From contig CAKXKM010000001.1 of assembly GCA_934876235.1 (NCBI GenBank), positions 832 to 64,831 of the forward strand: a DNA stretch of 64,000 bases. The letters are read 5' to 3'. The notes beneath the pieces are model-generated. The model worked only from the letters and a program-made list of their open reading frames with translations, did no database searches and had not been told where the DNA came from. Origin of the DNA: Collinsella sp. AF02-46-1. Its GTDB lineage: Bacteria; Actinomycetota; Coriobacteriia; Coriobacteriales; Coriobacteriaceae. The position numbers and the translations under genes were made by a program. Positions 1-12,678 of this stretch are shown here, piece after piece. Within the stretch, counting starts at the first letter, position 1; every line of letters begins with the position of its first letter.

Positions 1-1010
1 CATATGCGCGGCGATGCCGATACCACCGGCTTCTTCGCCGCCCATGAGGACGCCACCCTTCTTCATCTCTGCCGCTATATATTTGAAACCGACTGGTTTG
101 ACGGTCACGCGGCAGCCAAGCGCCTCGGCAATGCGACGCACGAGCGTCGAGCACGAAAGATTGACGACGACGCGCCCCTCCAAATTACGAAATTGAACCA
201 AGTCGCCCAAAACGAGCGCCATGATCTGATGCGGATGTATATATCTGCCGCGCTCGTCAACCGCGCCGATACGGTCGGCGTCGCCGTCGGTCACCAGGCC
301 AGCGCAAGCTCCGTCCTCGATAACCGTATGCTCGCAAGCGTCCACCCACGGCTCAACGGGGTCGGGGCAGATATCTTCTTGGTCAGGCGCCTGCCCGGCG
401 TGAATCTCGTGCACCTCAACGCCAAGCTCGCGCAGCAAGTCGGCTAGATAGCCCTGGGCTGCGCCGCCCATGGGGTCAACAACCACGCGCAGGTGCGCGG
501 CGCGGATGGCTTCGGCATCGACAAACGATGCCACCGCTTGCATATAGTCAGGAATGATATCCGCGGTGCGATATTGCCCCTCGATCCCCATTGGCTCGGG
601 AGCCATGGTCTCTTCGAGCTCTTCGATGACATCCTGGTTGGCGGTCGAGCCGTCACCCATGCGAATCTTGAGACACAGATAACCCTGCGGATGATGGGAC
701 CCCGTCACCATGAGCGCGCCGCACGCCTCACCGTCATAAGCCGCCGCCCACGTAAGAGCAGGGGTCGGAACAGGTCGCGAAGCGAGCACGGCGTCTAGCC
801 CGTGCGCTGCTAGCACACCCGCCGCAAGCTCAGCGAACTCGCGCGCCAGGGGCCGAGTGTCGAACCCTATATATACTGTTTTGCCCGGATTGGTCTTTTG
901 CCACAACTCGCCGACGGCATCGGCGATACGGGCAACGTTATCGGCAGTGAAGTCCTCATCGACGCGAGCGCGCCAACCGTCAGTTCCAAAATGAATTATC
1001 GCGCACACGC
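1..1010 (-). CDS. alpha-D-phosphohexomutase (phosphoglucomutase/phosphomannomutase family), partial. The C-terminus lies beyond the window start.
   Basis: Reverse-complement translation gives an N-terminus ...IIHFGTDGWRARVDEDFTADNVARIADAVGELW and, at the window edge, MGGEEAGGIGIAAHM (GGEESGG-type sugar-phosphate loop). A likely GTG start near 1010 has an AGGTG Shine-Dalgarno; an alternative ATG is at 1092. This gene is not in the ORF track because it runs off the window edge. Confidence 0.6.
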
Positions 1011-1132
1011 GCAGACACCTCACAGTGTTTGGATCATGGTACGCATGAGGTATACCCGCGATACACACTCGGCAACCTGCCGGCACCAGCATTCACCATT
1101 TGGGCAAATGCTGCCGAGGACATGCAAGCAAT

Positions 1133-1164
1133 AAAAAAAAACCGCCCCGTATGGAGCGGTTTTG
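1133..1164 (-). terminator. rho-independent terminator (bidirectional-looking hairpin) after the homocysteine methyltransferase gene
   Basis: The stem is AAACCGC...GCGGTTT, flanked by an A9 run on one side and a T run on the other. On the minus transcript the stem is followed by U9. Confidence 0.6.
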
Positions 1165-1168
1165 CCCT

Positions 1169-2086
1169 TTATATATCGAGCGCCTCGGCCATCGCTGCCG
1201 TAGTGATTGCCGTGGTTCCACAGCAACTGCCCACCATTGCGGCACCGGCATGTCTCCATTCGATGCATGCGCGCGCGAAAGCTTCAGGGTTCTCGTGCCA
1301 TACGGGGCCATCCTGAGTCTGGACCGGATCGCCCACGTTGGGACGCACCGTGACGGGAGTAGTCGCCGATGCAACCATCCTGGGCACCGCCGCGTTCGCG
1401 GCCGCAAGCGAACAGCAATTAACACCAACCGAGTTTGCGCCGTGTTTTTCGGCGTACAAAACGGCTGCCTCGATGTTGAGGCCATCGCCCAACAGGTCGC
1501 CTTTGTCATCAACGACAAAACTCACCAGGACAGGCATGCCGTCAGCGGCATCTCGAGCGCCGGCAAGCATGGGCTGCAAATTACGGATAGACGTCACCGT
1601 CTCGATCAGCAGACCATCAACACCAGCATTGAGTAAGGCGTGCGCCTGTTCGCGCGCAATGCCTCGGATCTCACGAAACTCGGCAGAGTCCTCGGCAAAC
1701 CACTCAATACCGATCGGACCCATCGAGCCCAGCAGCAGCTGAGGGTGCGCCTGGCGGGCATCGTCGACGGCCCCGCGATTGACCTCCGCCACGGACGGCG
1801 CAATCTGGTCGTGCTTGAGGGCATAGCTTGATGCCTGAAAGGTATTGGTAATGAGTACCTGCGCGCCGGCGGCGACATACACGCGATGGATACGAGAAAC
1901 GGTCTGCGGCTCTGCCAGATTCCAAAACGCCGGTGGAATATCGGCGGCATCGTACTCACTCAACAGAACACTGCCCATGGGGCCCTGCGCCAACAAGGTC
2001 TCGCTCGACAAGCGGCGCGTAAGTTCCTCGGCACCAAAGCGGTTGTAATAACTCGTATCCATACATATCCCGCTATTCCTCGACAC
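1169..2086 (-). CDS. homocysteine S-methyltransferase family protein (MmuM / MetH N-terminal Hcy-binding domain type)
   Basis: 305 aa with a Hcy-binding domain signature and the C-terminal motif GSCCGTT. Confidence 0.75.
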   Translation of the reverse strand: MSRNSGICMDTSYYNRFGAEELTRRLSSETLLAQGPMGSVLLSEYDAADIPPAFWNLAEPQTVSRIHRVYVAAGAQVLITNTFQASSYALKHDQIAPSVAEVNRGAVDDARQAHPQLLLGSMGPIGIEWFAEDSAEFREIRGIAREQAHALLNAGVDGLLIETVTSIRNLQPMLAGARDAADGMPVLVSFVVDDKGDLLGDGLNIEAAVLYAEKHGANSVGVNCCSLAAANAAVPRMVASATTPVTVRPNVGDPVQTQDGPVWHENPEAFARACIEWRHAGAAMVGSCCGTTAITTAAMAEALDI

Positions 2087-2516
2087 TGATTCCCTGTTTT
2101 TCGAGATAGGCGAGCCAGCGGTTCATCGTGTCCTCGGATAGCGCATGCTCCATCATGCAGGCCTCGGAATCGGCTCGCTCAAATTCGACATCGAGCTCCT
2201 GAACCAAAAACGTGCGGACGAGGCGATGACGGTACCAGATAGCCGTGCCAACCTCGCGGCCGCGATCGGTCAGGACTACCTTGCCGTAGTGCGATTGCTC
2301 GACAAGCTCGGATGCCTTGAGCGCCGAAACCGCTTTATTGACCGATGCCTTGGAGACGCCAAGGCGCTGCGCGATGTCGACCGATCGCACGCCGTTGGTT
2401 TCTCCCTCTTCGCTTTCAATGCGAACCATGCACTCCAAGTAGTCTTCGTTCGCCACCGTCAGATGTAGTTCGCGCGAGCTATTTGTCGTATCCATGATCT
2501 TCCGTCCCTTCTGCAT
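2073..2516 (-). CDS. DtxR/MntR-family metal-dependent transcriptional regulator
   Basis: An N-terminal HTH (VRSVDIAQRLGVSKASVNKAV) and the dimerization/metal-binding region are typical of MntR/DtxR. The gene overlaps the downstream methyltransferase gene by 14 nt. The start may instead be the internal Met at 2495. Confidence 0.7.
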   Translation of the reverse strand: MQKGRKIMDTTNSSRELHLTVANEDYLECMVRIESEEGETNGVRSVDIAQRLGVSKASVNKAVSALKASELVEQSHYGKVVLTDRGREVGTAIWYRHRLVRTFLVQELDVEFERADSEACMMEHALSEDTMNRWLAYLEKQGISVEE

Positions 2517-2615
2517 TCAATGGCTGATTCTACCCCATCCAAGCGTCGCGGTATGCCGTGGCATACCGTGCTAGAGTTCTTGTTGCACACGACGACCAAG
2601 ATTGGAGCGGTCTTT

Positions 2616-3863
2616 ATGGAAAACACCACCACGAACCCCGATGTCCTCGAACGCTTTTTGCGCTACGTCCAGATCAACACGCAGTCCGAGGATGCAAACT
2701 GCGACCAGGTACCTTCGAGCACCGTTCAGTTTGACCTTGCCAACGTGCTGGCTGAAGAGCTGCGCGAGCTTGGTGCGGAAGATGCCCACGTGACCGAGCA
2801 CGCCTATGTCTGCGCGCATATCCCCGCAAGTGCGGGCGCTGAGGACAAGCCCGCCCTGGGCCTGATCGCCCATCTCGACACCACCGAAGTTGCACCGGGC
2901 GCCGGCGTGAAGCCGCACATCGTACACTACGAAGGCGGCGACCTGGTCTGCGGCACGGTTGACGGTAAGCCCGTTGCCATGAGTACCGCCAAGCTTCCCG
3001 CCCTGAATGACCTCGCGGGTGAGGACCTGGTCTGCAGCGATGGCACCACGCTGCTGGGCGCGGACGACAAGGCAGGCGTCGCCGAGATCATGTCACTTGT
3101 CGCGCGTATCGCTCAGGACCCTTCTCTGCCCCATCCCGCACTCGGCATTTGCTTCTGCCCTGACGAGGAGATCGGCCACGGAGCCGAGCTGCTGGATATC
3201 GATACCTTTGGCTGCAAGTACGCCTACACGGTCGACGGCGGCCCCATCGGCGAGCTGGAGTGGGAGTGCTTTAACGCCGCCGAGGCGACTGTCTGCTTTG
3301 AGGGCCAGTCCATCCACCCGGGCGACGCTAAGGGCCGTATGGTCAACGCAGGCAATCTGTTCTGCGACTTCAACGCGTTGCTCCCCTACGTGCAGCGTCC
3401 GGAGTATACGGAAGGCTACGAGGGCTTTTATCACCTTGAGGGTGTATCTGCGACCGTCGATCACGCCACAGCGCGCTATATCGTCCGCGACCATGACGCC
3501 GCCAAGTTCCAGCAGAAACTCGACCTTATTGATGCCGCCGCCTCGATGCTCAACCAGCGTCTGGGTGAGGAGCGCGTGACAGTCGAGATTAAGCAGCAGT
3601 ATCGAAATATGGCCGAGATCGTTTGTGACTTTCCCGAGCTTATTGATGTTGCCAAGGAAGCCTACCTTGCCTGCGGCGTTGAGCCCCAAGTGCTGCCGAT
3701 TCGCGGCGGCACCGACGGCGCGCAGCTGTCGTTCCGCGGTCTGCCCTGCCCCAACCTTTCCACCGGCGGCTATTGCTACCACGGCGTCAACGAATTCGTC
3801 CCGGTCAGTTCGCTCGTCAAGATGACCGACGTGCTCCAGGAGCTCGTCGCCCGCTTTGCATAA
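2616..3863 (+). CDS. pepT: peptidase T (tripeptide aminopeptidase, M20B)
   Basis: M20 motifs HLDT, DDKAG, DEEIG and GGTDG are present. The track ORF starts at 2520, but the ATG at 2616 (MENTTT...) has a GGAG Shine-Dalgarno and gives the usual length of about 415 aa. Confidence 0.85.
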   Translation: MENTTTNPDVLERFLRYVQINTQSEDANCDQVPSSTVQFDLANVLAEELRELGAEDAHVTEHAYVCAHIPASAGAEDKPALGLIAHLDTTEVAPGAGVKPHIVHYEGGDLVCGTVDGKPVAMSTAKLPALNDLAGEDLVCSDGTTLLGADDKAGVAEIMSLVARIAQDPSLPHPALGICFCPDEEIGHGAELLDIDTFGCKYAYTVDGGPIGELEWECFNAAEATVCFEGQSIHPGDAKGRMVNAGNLFCDFNALLPYVQRPEYTEGYEGFYHLEGVSATVDHATARYIVRDHDAAKFQQKLDLIDAAASMLNQRLGEERVTVEIKQQYRNMAEIVCDFPELIDVAKEAYLACGVEPQVLPIRGGTDGAQLSFRGLPCPNLSTGGYCYHGVNEFVPVSSLVKMTDVLQELVARFA

Positions 3864-3889
3864 GCCTGGCTGCACAAGTCAAAAAGACG

Positions 3890-3927
3890 AATCGCCCCGT
3901 CCTCAACCAAGAACGGGGCGATTTTTT
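3890..3927 (+). terminator. rho-independent terminator of pepT
   Basis: The stem is ATCGCCCCGT-loop-ACGGGGCGAT, followed by TTTTTT. Confidence 0.7.
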
Positions 3928-3968
3928 GCTGCAATGAGAACAGGTTGACGCACGCCAGCCTCTTAACG

Positions 3969-4299
3969 CAAGGAGTGTCCCAAACTGCCGGCACAAAAGG
4001 AACGTCCCCAAGTGCCGCAAAATGACGACATCCACTCTCGCTTTGTGGGTAGTCATTGGGGAGGTTCTTGTTTGACTAGTCGTTTAAAAACGTCCCCAAT
4101 GACTACCCAACGACTAGTCCGGACCAAGGCAACGCCGATGTTTTGGCAACGACAGCGAAAACCCGCCAGAGCGAGCAAGGTGCCTTGAAACGAGGCGGCA
4201 TTGATCTTTTGATCATGCCGCCGAAGTTGAAAGGCAGATTGCCGCTCTGGCGGGTTTGCAGCGTCAACTGGTTACGCGGGCTGGTAAGCCTGCGTAACC
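3969..4299 (+). repeat. intergenic structured repeat, family R1, copy A (long form with 5' modules M1 and a 16-bp inverted repeat, plus the conserved core 4137-4299)
   Basis: The core GATGTTTTGGCAACG..CAGCGA..CCAGAGCGAGCAAGG-hairpin1-..CGCTCTGG..GCAGCGTC..-hairpin2(GGTA loop) is shared with copies at 19641, 25634, 29415 and 49027. The copy ends 1 nt before the LCP stop codon (4300-4302). Confidence 0.8.
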
Positions 4300-5535
4300 C
4301 TAATAATTGGCCTCGTAGCCGTTGCCGTCGCCGGTGGGCTCTTCGTAGTAATCGGAACTGTCGCTCGAATCGTCGGAATCGTCAGAGCTGACCGATGAGG
4401 TTGCGGTACCGTTTGCGTAGTCGTCAGACGTGTTGTTGCTGAGGTCACCGATCGTAGAGCTGGAACCGTCGGAAAGACCCATGGTGTTGGGACCCTTGGG
4501 ATCCTTGCCGGCATCGACGCGCTCCATCATTTCCTTGAGCTCGTCCTCGTAGACAAAGACGTAGCTCACACCGTCGATCATGGTGCTGTCGTCGGCGTAC
4601 GAGGGCAGGTTGGCCGAGTAGATACCGTCGACATCCATACCGCGCATGGCGTTGACCGTAGCCACGATATCCTGAACGCTCATATCGGTTACAAGCATAT
4701 CGGACAGCGAATTAACCAGGCCAAAGATCTTCGTGGCATCGAAGTTATTGAGAATCTGGTTGGCAAGGGCGCCAAGCACCTGACGCTGGTGGCGCATGCG
4801 CGTGTAATCGCCGTCGGCATAGGTGTAGCGGCAGCGGGCATAGGTAAGGGCGGTGGCACCGTCCATATGCTGCTGGCCAGCGGTAATCTTAATATCCAGG
4901 TGCTCGGGGTCGTCAACATCATCGGTTGCGTTAATGTCGATACCGCCAACCGAATCAATCAGCGCCTGCATACCGTCGAAGCTGACCTCGGCATAGTGGG
5001 AAATCTGAACACCGCACAGCTCGTTGACCGCCTCGACCATGGCCTCGGCGCCGCCAACGGTATGGCAGGCGTTGATCTTCATGGTCTCGCCCTTGTACTC
5101 GACCTTGGTGTCGCGCGGAACGGAAATGAGCGTCGCCTGCTTTTGCGTGGGGTCGATGCGTGCCAGGATAATCGAGTCGGCACGATACGTATCCTCGCCC
5201 GGACGGCCGTCGGTGCCAAGAAGCAGCACGTAGAACGGATCCTTTGCCTCATCGGTGTCAACCAGAACCCGACGCAGATTGTCAGTAATGACATTAGAAT
5301 CGCCGAGCTTGCCCATAATGGTGGCAAACCACAGGCCGGCAGCGGTAGTGGCACTCAGCAGCACGCCAAGCACGACAATGAGCGCGACGTGACGAATCGT
5401 GTGGCTACGGCGGCGTTGACGAGCGCGCTCGGAATAGCGAGCCACGTTATCGCGACTGTAGATCTTGGCCTGCGCACCAGTTGAGGGTCTTCGGGTGGTG
5501 GTATCCGCGAGGGGCTTTTTATTAAACATAGGCAA
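4300..5535 (-). CDS. LytR-CpsA-Psr (LCP) family cell-envelope phosphotransferase
   Basis: An N-terminal TM helix, LCP motifs (LLLGTDGR, DSIILARID, LISVPRDT) and an acidic Ser/Asp-rich C-terminal tail. Confidence 0.85.
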   Translation of the reverse strand: MPMFNKKPLADTTTRRPSTGAQAKIYSRDNVARYSERARQRRRSHTIRHVALIVVLGVLLSATTAAGLWFATIMGKLGDSNVITDNLRRVLVDTDEAKDPFYVLLLGTDGRPGEDTYRADSIILARIDPTQKQATLISVPRDTKVEYKGETMKINACHTVGGAEAMVEAVNELCGVQISHYAEVSFDGMQALIDSVGGIDINATDDVDDPEHLDIKITAGQQHMDGATALTYARCRYTYADGDYTRMRHQRQVLGALANQILNNFDATKIFGLVNSLSDMLVTDMSVQDIVATVNAMRGMDVDGIYSANLPSYADDSTMIDGVSYVFVYEDELKEMMERVDAGKDPKGPNTMGLSDGSSSTIGDLSNNTSDDYANGTATSSVSSDDSDDSSDSSDYYEEPTGDGNGYEANY

Positions 5536-5541
5536 CCTGTA

Positions 5542-6825
5542 TTAGTAGATGACGGGATCGGGGACGGTAGCATGCTCGACATGCGCGCCGAGCGCCTGCA
5601 GCTTTTCGACAAACTGCTCGTAGCCGCGCTTGATGTGATGGATAGCCGAAACCTCGGTCGTCCCGTCGGCGATCAAGCCCGCTACGACGAGGGCCGCTCC
5701 GCCGCGCAAATCGGGCGAGGTAACCTGTGCACCCGAGAAGCCCTTGACGCCATGAATCATGGCATGATGGCTCTCGATACGAATGTCGGCACCCATGCGC
5801 ACCAGCTCAGAGGCAAACATAAAGCGATTCTCGAAGATGTTCTCGGTAATAACGGAACTGCCGTCGGCAAGGGCGGAGAGCACCATAATCTGCGCCTGCA
5901 TGTCGGTCGGGAAACCGGGGAACGGAAGCGTCTGGATGTCGACCGGCTTAATACGCTCGGCACGGTTCACATGGACGCCATCCTCGACGCGCTCGCAGTC
6001 GATACCCATGAGCTCCATCTTCTTGAGCACCATGCCCAAATGAATGGGGCAAAAGCCCGTGACATCGACACCGCGATTGTCCGCCATCAACGCACCGGCG
6101 ACGATAAAGGTACCGGCCTCGATGCGGTCGCCCACCACGCGATGGATAACGGGATGGAGCTCTTCCACGCCTTCGATAGTCACGACGGGCGTACCGGCGC
6201 CAACAATCTTGGCGCCCATCTCGTTGAGCATGTTGGCGAGATCGACGATCTCGGGCTCGCGGGCGGCATTGTCGATAACCGTGGTGCCCTGTGCGCGCAC
6301 AGAGGCCATGATGAGATTCTCGGTCGCACCGACGCTGGCGAACTCGAGCGTGACGGTGGTACCGCGCAGACCTTGGGGCGCATTAGCGTTGATGTAACCG
6401 TGGGCGGTATCGAACTCAACGCCCAGGGCCTCAAGACCAAGAATGTGCATATCGATCTTACGAGCACCCAGGTTGCAGCCGCCCGGCATGGCAATTTTGG
6501 CGCGATGGAAGCGGCCCAGCAGGGGCCCCATGACGGCGGTGGAAGCGCGCATCTTGGCAACGAGCTCGTAGGGGGCCTCCCATGAATCGACCTGAGAGGT
6601 ATCAATCTCGAGCGTGTGCTCGTCGAGAACATCGATCGTAGCGCCCATGCCCTTGAGCACCTTGCCCATCACGTGGACATCGGAAATATCGGGCACGTTC
6701 TGCAGCGTCGTCTTGCCCGGCGCCAGAAGCGTTGCCGCCATGAGTTTGAGCGCGGAGTTCTTGGCGCCCGAGACGGGCACGGAGCCTCCGATGGCGTGGC
6801 CACCCTCAACGCGGATAATATCCAA
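5542..6825 (-). CDS. murA: UDP-N-acetylglucosamine 1-carboxyvinyltransferase
   Basis: 427 aa with full-length similarity to MurA (GGHAIGGSVPVSGAKNS...). Confidence 0.9.
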   Translation of the reverse strand: MDIIRVEGGHAIGGSVPVSGAKNSALKLMAATLLAPGKTTLQNVPDISDVHVMGKVLKGMGATIDVLDEHTLEIDTSQVDSWEAPYELVAKMRASTAVMGPLLGRFHRAKIAMPGGCNLGARKIDMHILGLEALGVEFDTAHGYINANAPQGLRGTTVTLEFASVGATENLIMASVRAQGTTVIDNAAREPEIVDLANMLNEMGAKIVGAGTPVVTIEGVEELHPVIHRVVGDRIEAGTFIVAGALMADNRGVDVTGFCPIHLGMVLKKMELMGIDCERVEDGVHVNRAERIKPVDIQTLPFPGFPTDMQAQIMVLSALADGSSVITENIFENRFMFASELVRMGADIRIESHHAMIHGVKGFSGAQVTSPDLRGGAALVVAGLIADGTTEVSAIHHIKRGYEQFVEKLQALGAHVEHATVPDPVIY

Positions 6826-6830
6826 GGTCT

Positions 6831-6877
6831 ACCCTTTCAAAAAGCATGCCCGGGGTGGCTGGGCCATCCCGGGCATG
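6831..6877 (-). terminator. rho-independent terminator of the atp operon
   Basis: A 10-bp perfect stem CATGCCCGGG/CCCGGGCATG is followed on the minus transcript by CUUUUUG. Confidence 0.6.
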
Positions 6878-6913
6878 ATGTGTTCGCAAATGGTCGAACG
6901 CTAAATCGTTTGA

Positions 6914-7306
6914 CTATTGGGCAAGCTTGAGCTTACACCATGCGATTTCATTATAGAGGTAGGCGCGGCGTGCATCATCCTCCGACAAATTACCCAGCTT
7001 CTCTTCAAAACCTTGAATATCAGCTTTAAGCTTGTCGGCATCGACGGTCGCCAAATCGCAAGCGCGCTCGGCGAGAACGGTCACGACATCGTCCGCAACC
7101 TGGGCATAGCCGCCGGCCACGGCAAACGTGTGGTCGACAGTGCCCATGGCCTTATCGGAAACGCGAACGTAACCGCGGTCGATCGTGCAGATCTCGCTGG
7201 AGTGAGCAGGCAGGACGCCAAACTCGCCATCCGTGGACGGAATCGACACAAACGCAGCGTCGCCCTCATAGGCGCAGCTCACGGGGCACACGATGCGGAT
7301 ACGCAT
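6914..7306 (-). CDS. atpC: F1 ATP synthase subunit epsilon
   Basis: Motif FGVLPAH, 130 aa, last gene of the atp operon. Confidence 0.85.
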   Translation of the reverse strand: MRIRIVCPVSCAYEGDAAFVSIPSTDGEFGVLPAHSSEICTIDRGYVRVSDKAMGTVDHTFAVAGGYAQVADDVVTVLAERACDLATVDADKLKADIQGFEEKLGNLSEDDARRAYLYNEIAWCKLKLAQ

Positions 7307-7309
7307 AAC

Positions 7310-9672
<2,363 letters not shown>

Positions 9673-9677
9673 GGGGC

Positions 9678-11276
9678 TTAGTTCTCCTCTGATCCAGAAA
9701 CATCCGAATGGTGCTTGGCCATGAACTGCTGCTTGAAGTCGCCGATGACGCGCAAGAGCTCAGCCTTGGTGTCATCATCGATCTTCTTGGCGCGAACCTT
9801 GTCGAGCAGCGAACCAAAGCCATTGTCCATGTACTCGATGAGCTCGGCACGGAAGGGCAGCACGTCGGCGATCTCCAGGTCATCCAGGAAGCCCTCGTTG
9901 CCAGCGAACAGCGTAACGATCTGCTCGCCAACCTCAAACGGCTTGTAACGCGGCTGCTTCAGGAGCTCGGTCATGCGAGCACCATGGGTCAGCTGCTTCT
10001 GAGTAGCCTCGTCGAGGTCGGAGCCGAACTGCGTAAAGCCAGCGAGCTCCTGGTACGAAGCGAGGTCCAGGCGAAGGTTGCCGGCAACCTGCTTCATAGC
10101 CTTGGTCTGCGCATCGCCACCGACGCGGGACACGGAGATGCCCACGTCGACTGCCGGGCGCTGACCCTGGAAGAAGAGCTCGGACTGCAGGTAGATCTGA
10201 CCATCGGTAATGGAAATGACGTTGGTCGGAATGTAGGCCGAGACGTCGCCGTCCTGGGTCTCGATGATCGGCAGTGCCGTCATGGAGCCGTAACCGTTCT
10301 TCTTGGACATCTTGACGGCACGCTCGAGCAGACGAGAGTGCAGGTAGAAGATGTCGCCAGGATAGGCCTCGCGTCCGGGCGGACGATGCAGCGTCAGCGA
10401 CATCTGACGGTAGGCCACAGCCTGCTTGGACAGGTCGTCGTAGATGACGAGCACGTGGCCGCCGGGGTTGGTCTCGCTGGCGGGCTTGCCGTCCTCGCCG
10501 TTGTACATGAAGAACTCGCCGATAGCGGCACCGGCCATAGGCGCGATGTACTGCATAGGGGCGGAATCGGCAGCGGTGGCCGAAACGATGATGGTGTAGT
10601 CGAGCGCACCGTGCTGAGCGAGGGTCTCGCGGATGTTGGCAACCGTGGAGGCCTTCTGGCCGATGGCGACATAGATGCAGACCATGCCCTTGCCGCGCTG
10701 GTTGAGGATAGCGTCGATGGCGATGGCGGTCTTACCGGTCTTACGGTCGCCGATGATGAGCTCACGCTGACCGCGGCCAATAGGCACCATGGAGTCGATA
10801 GCGAGCAGACCGGTCTGAACCGGCTCGCACACCGGGGTACGATCGATGACGCCGGGAGCCTTGAACTCGATGGGGCGACGGTGCGTGGCGACGATGTCGC
10901 CCAGGCCGTCGATGGGCTGGCCGAGCGGATTGACGACGCGGCCGAGCATGGCACGGCTCACGGGGATATCCATAATGCGGCCAGTGGTGCGGCACTCGTC
11001 GCCTTCCTTGATGGAGTCGACGGCACCGAACAGAACGGCGCCGACCTCGTCACGGTCAAGGTTCTGGGCAAGGCCGAAGACGGTCTCACCGGTATCGGAG
11101 CTCTTGAACTCCAGAAGCTCGCCTGCCATGGCGCTCTTGAGGCCGGAGACGCGCGCGATGCCGTCGCCTACCTCGTCGACCGTTGAAACCTCATGCGTAT
11201 CGACCGTCGCGGAGAGGCTCGTGAGCTGCTCCTGCAGTTTCTTGGCGATATCCTGGGCATTGAGGGTTTCGGACAT
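9678..11276 (-). CDS. atpA: F1 ATP synthase subunit alpha
   Basis: [10 protein letters not shown]-loop; 532 aa. Confidence 0.95.
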   Translation of the reverse strand: MSETLNAQDIAKKLQEQLTSLSATVDTHEVSTVDEVGDGIARVSGLKSAMAGELLEFKSSDTGETVFGLAQNLDRDEVGAVLFGAVDSIKEGDECRTTGRIMDIPVSRAMLGRVVNPLGQPIDGLGDIVATHRRPIEFKAPGVIDRTPVCEPVQTGLLAIDSMVPIGRGQRELIIGDRKTGKTAIAIDAILNQRGKGMVCIYVAIGQKASTVANIRETLAQHGALDYTIIVSATAADSAPMQYIAPMAGAAIGEFFMYNGEDGKPASETNPGGHVLVIYDDLSKQAVAYRQMSLTLHRPPGREAYPGDIFYLHSRLLERAVKMSKKNGYGSMTALPIIETQDGDVSAYIPTNVISITDGQIYLQSELFFQGQRPAVDVGISVSRVGGDAQTKAMKQVAGNLRLDLASYQELAGFTQFGSDLDEATQKQLTHGARMTELLKQPRYKPFEVGEQIVTLFAGNEGFLDDLEIADVLPFRAELIEYMDNGFGSLLDKVRAKKIDDDTKAELLRVIGDFKQQFMAKHHSDVSGSEEN

Positions 11277-11752
11277 TAGGCTTCACCTCCGTACGAATTA
11301 GCAGAGTTTGCGAGGGTCTCCTGCGCGATGCGCAGCTGCGTCTTGACGGAAATGTCACGACGCTCGCCGCGGGCCTCGAGCACCAGGCCGCCCACGATAG
11401 ACGGGTCAACCTGCTCGATAAGGAATACCTTGCGGCCGAAGTCCTGCTCGCATTTCTTAGTGATGGTTTGACGCAGCTCGTCGTCGAGCGGGATCGCCGT
11501 GGTGACGGTCACGCCCACTACATCCTCGTCTTCCTCGGCAACATACTTAAAGGCAGCTGCCACCTTGGGAAGAAGGTCGAGCTGGTCGCGCTTGGACATG
11601 GTGTCGAGCACGGCGATGATCTCGGGGCTGGCAGAAGCCAAGCGCTCGATCATCTCGAGGTCCTCGAACACATGGTTCTCGGCCTTAGCGGCTTCCAGAA
11701 GGGAGCGCGCGTAGGTCTCGAGCACCTTGTCCTGATAGCGGCTAGTCGGCAT
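11276..11752 (-). CDS. atpH: ATP synthase subunit delta (OSCP)
   Basis: 158 aa, between atpF and atpA. Confidence 0.7.
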   Translation of the reverse strand: MPTSRYQDKVLETYARSLLEAAKAENHVFEDLEMIERLASASPEIIAVLDTMSKRDQLDLLPKVAAAFKYVAEEDEDVVGVTVTTAIPLDDELRQTITKKCEQDFGRKVFLIEQVDPSIVGGLVLEARGERRDISVKTQLRIAQETLANSANSYGGEA

Positions 11753-12344
11753 TCAGGCTACCTGCTTCCTGGATGTAGCGCTCGATGAGCTTCTTCTGCT
11801 CGGCATCGTCCTCGAGTGCCTCGCCCACGATCTTGGTGGCGACGGCAACGGACAGGTCGGCGATGGAGCTCGCGGCACCGGCGTAAATGGACTTGCGCTC
11901 GTCCTCGACGGTCGTATGGGCCTTGGCGATGATCTCCTCGGCCTCCTTGTGAGCAGCCTCGATGATACGGGCGCGCTCGGACTCGGCGTCCTTACGGGCC
12001 TCGAGAACGATGTCGGCAGCCTGACGACGGGCGTCGGTGACGATCGAGTCGGACTCAGCGCGCTTGGCGATAGCCTCCTGCTTGGTCTTCTCGGCCTCGT
12101 CGAGGCTCTCCTCGATCTTCTTGCCGCGCTCCTCCATGGTTTTCATGATGCCCGGCAGGGCGACCTTGGCCAGCACGATCCAGATAATCAGGAAGGCGAT
12201 AAGCGCCGGGATGAACTCCGCCATCTTAGGGATGAGGATGTCCGCACCGGCAGCGCCGTCCTCGGCGAACGCGGAAACCGGCATGAGCAGCGCGGCCGCG
12301 GACGCGGAGAGTGCGATCGCGCTCTTCTGGGATGAAAGATTCAT
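11742..12344 (-). CDS. atpF: ATP synthase Fo subunit b
   Basis: An N-terminal TM helix and a long charged coiled coil. Confidence 0.8.
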   Translation of the reverse strand: MNLSSQKSAIALSASAAALLMPVSAFAEDGAAGADILIPKMAEFIPALIAFLIIWIVLAKVALPGIMKTMEERGKKIEESLDEAEKTKQEAIAKRAESDSIVTDARRQAADIVLEARKDAESERARIIEAAHKEAEEIIAKAHTTVEDERKSIYAGAASSIADLSVAVATKIVGEALEDDAEQKKLIERYIQEAGSLNAD

Positions 12345-12359
12345 ACTTGACGCTCCGTG

Positions 12360-12554
12360 CTATTTAACGATCAGCGCGACAACGAAGCCGATCAGAGCCA
12401 GAGCCTCGCCGAAGGCGGAGCCCATAATGAAGACGGTGAACACGCGGCCCTGGACCTCAGGCTGACGGGCCATAGCACCCGTAGCACCCAGAGCAGACAG
12501 GCCGATAGCAAGACCAGCGCCGATAACACCGAGACCGTAACCGATAACTCCCAC
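12360..12554 (-). CDS. atpE: ATP synthase Fo subunit c
   Basis: A two-helix hairpin proteolipid (GLAIGLSALG...ALALIGFVVALI). GTG start with an AAAGGAGG Shine-Dalgarno. Confidence 0.85.
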   Translation of the reverse strand: MGVIGYGLGVIGAGLAIGLSALGATGAMARQPEVQGRVFTVFIMGSAFGEALALIGFVVALIVK

Positions 12555-12678
12555 GATTCCTCCTTTGTCGTGCGTGTCTTATTTCACGCAGGATAACCTT
12601 TTTATAACTGCCGGGCTCCATGGGTACGGGCACCGGCGGTTTAACGAATTACCTTACCTTTAAGGCGCGAACGGAAGA

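Noticed and set aside
4-1134. Plus-strand ORFs 4..447, 493..798, 898..1134 and minus ORF 444..656 in the track
   Set aside because: They are antisense or out of frame relative to a clearly recognisable phosphohexomutase gene on the minus strand (FGTDGWR... GGEEAGG) that is missing from the track because it runs off the window edge. High GC produces long spurious ORFs.
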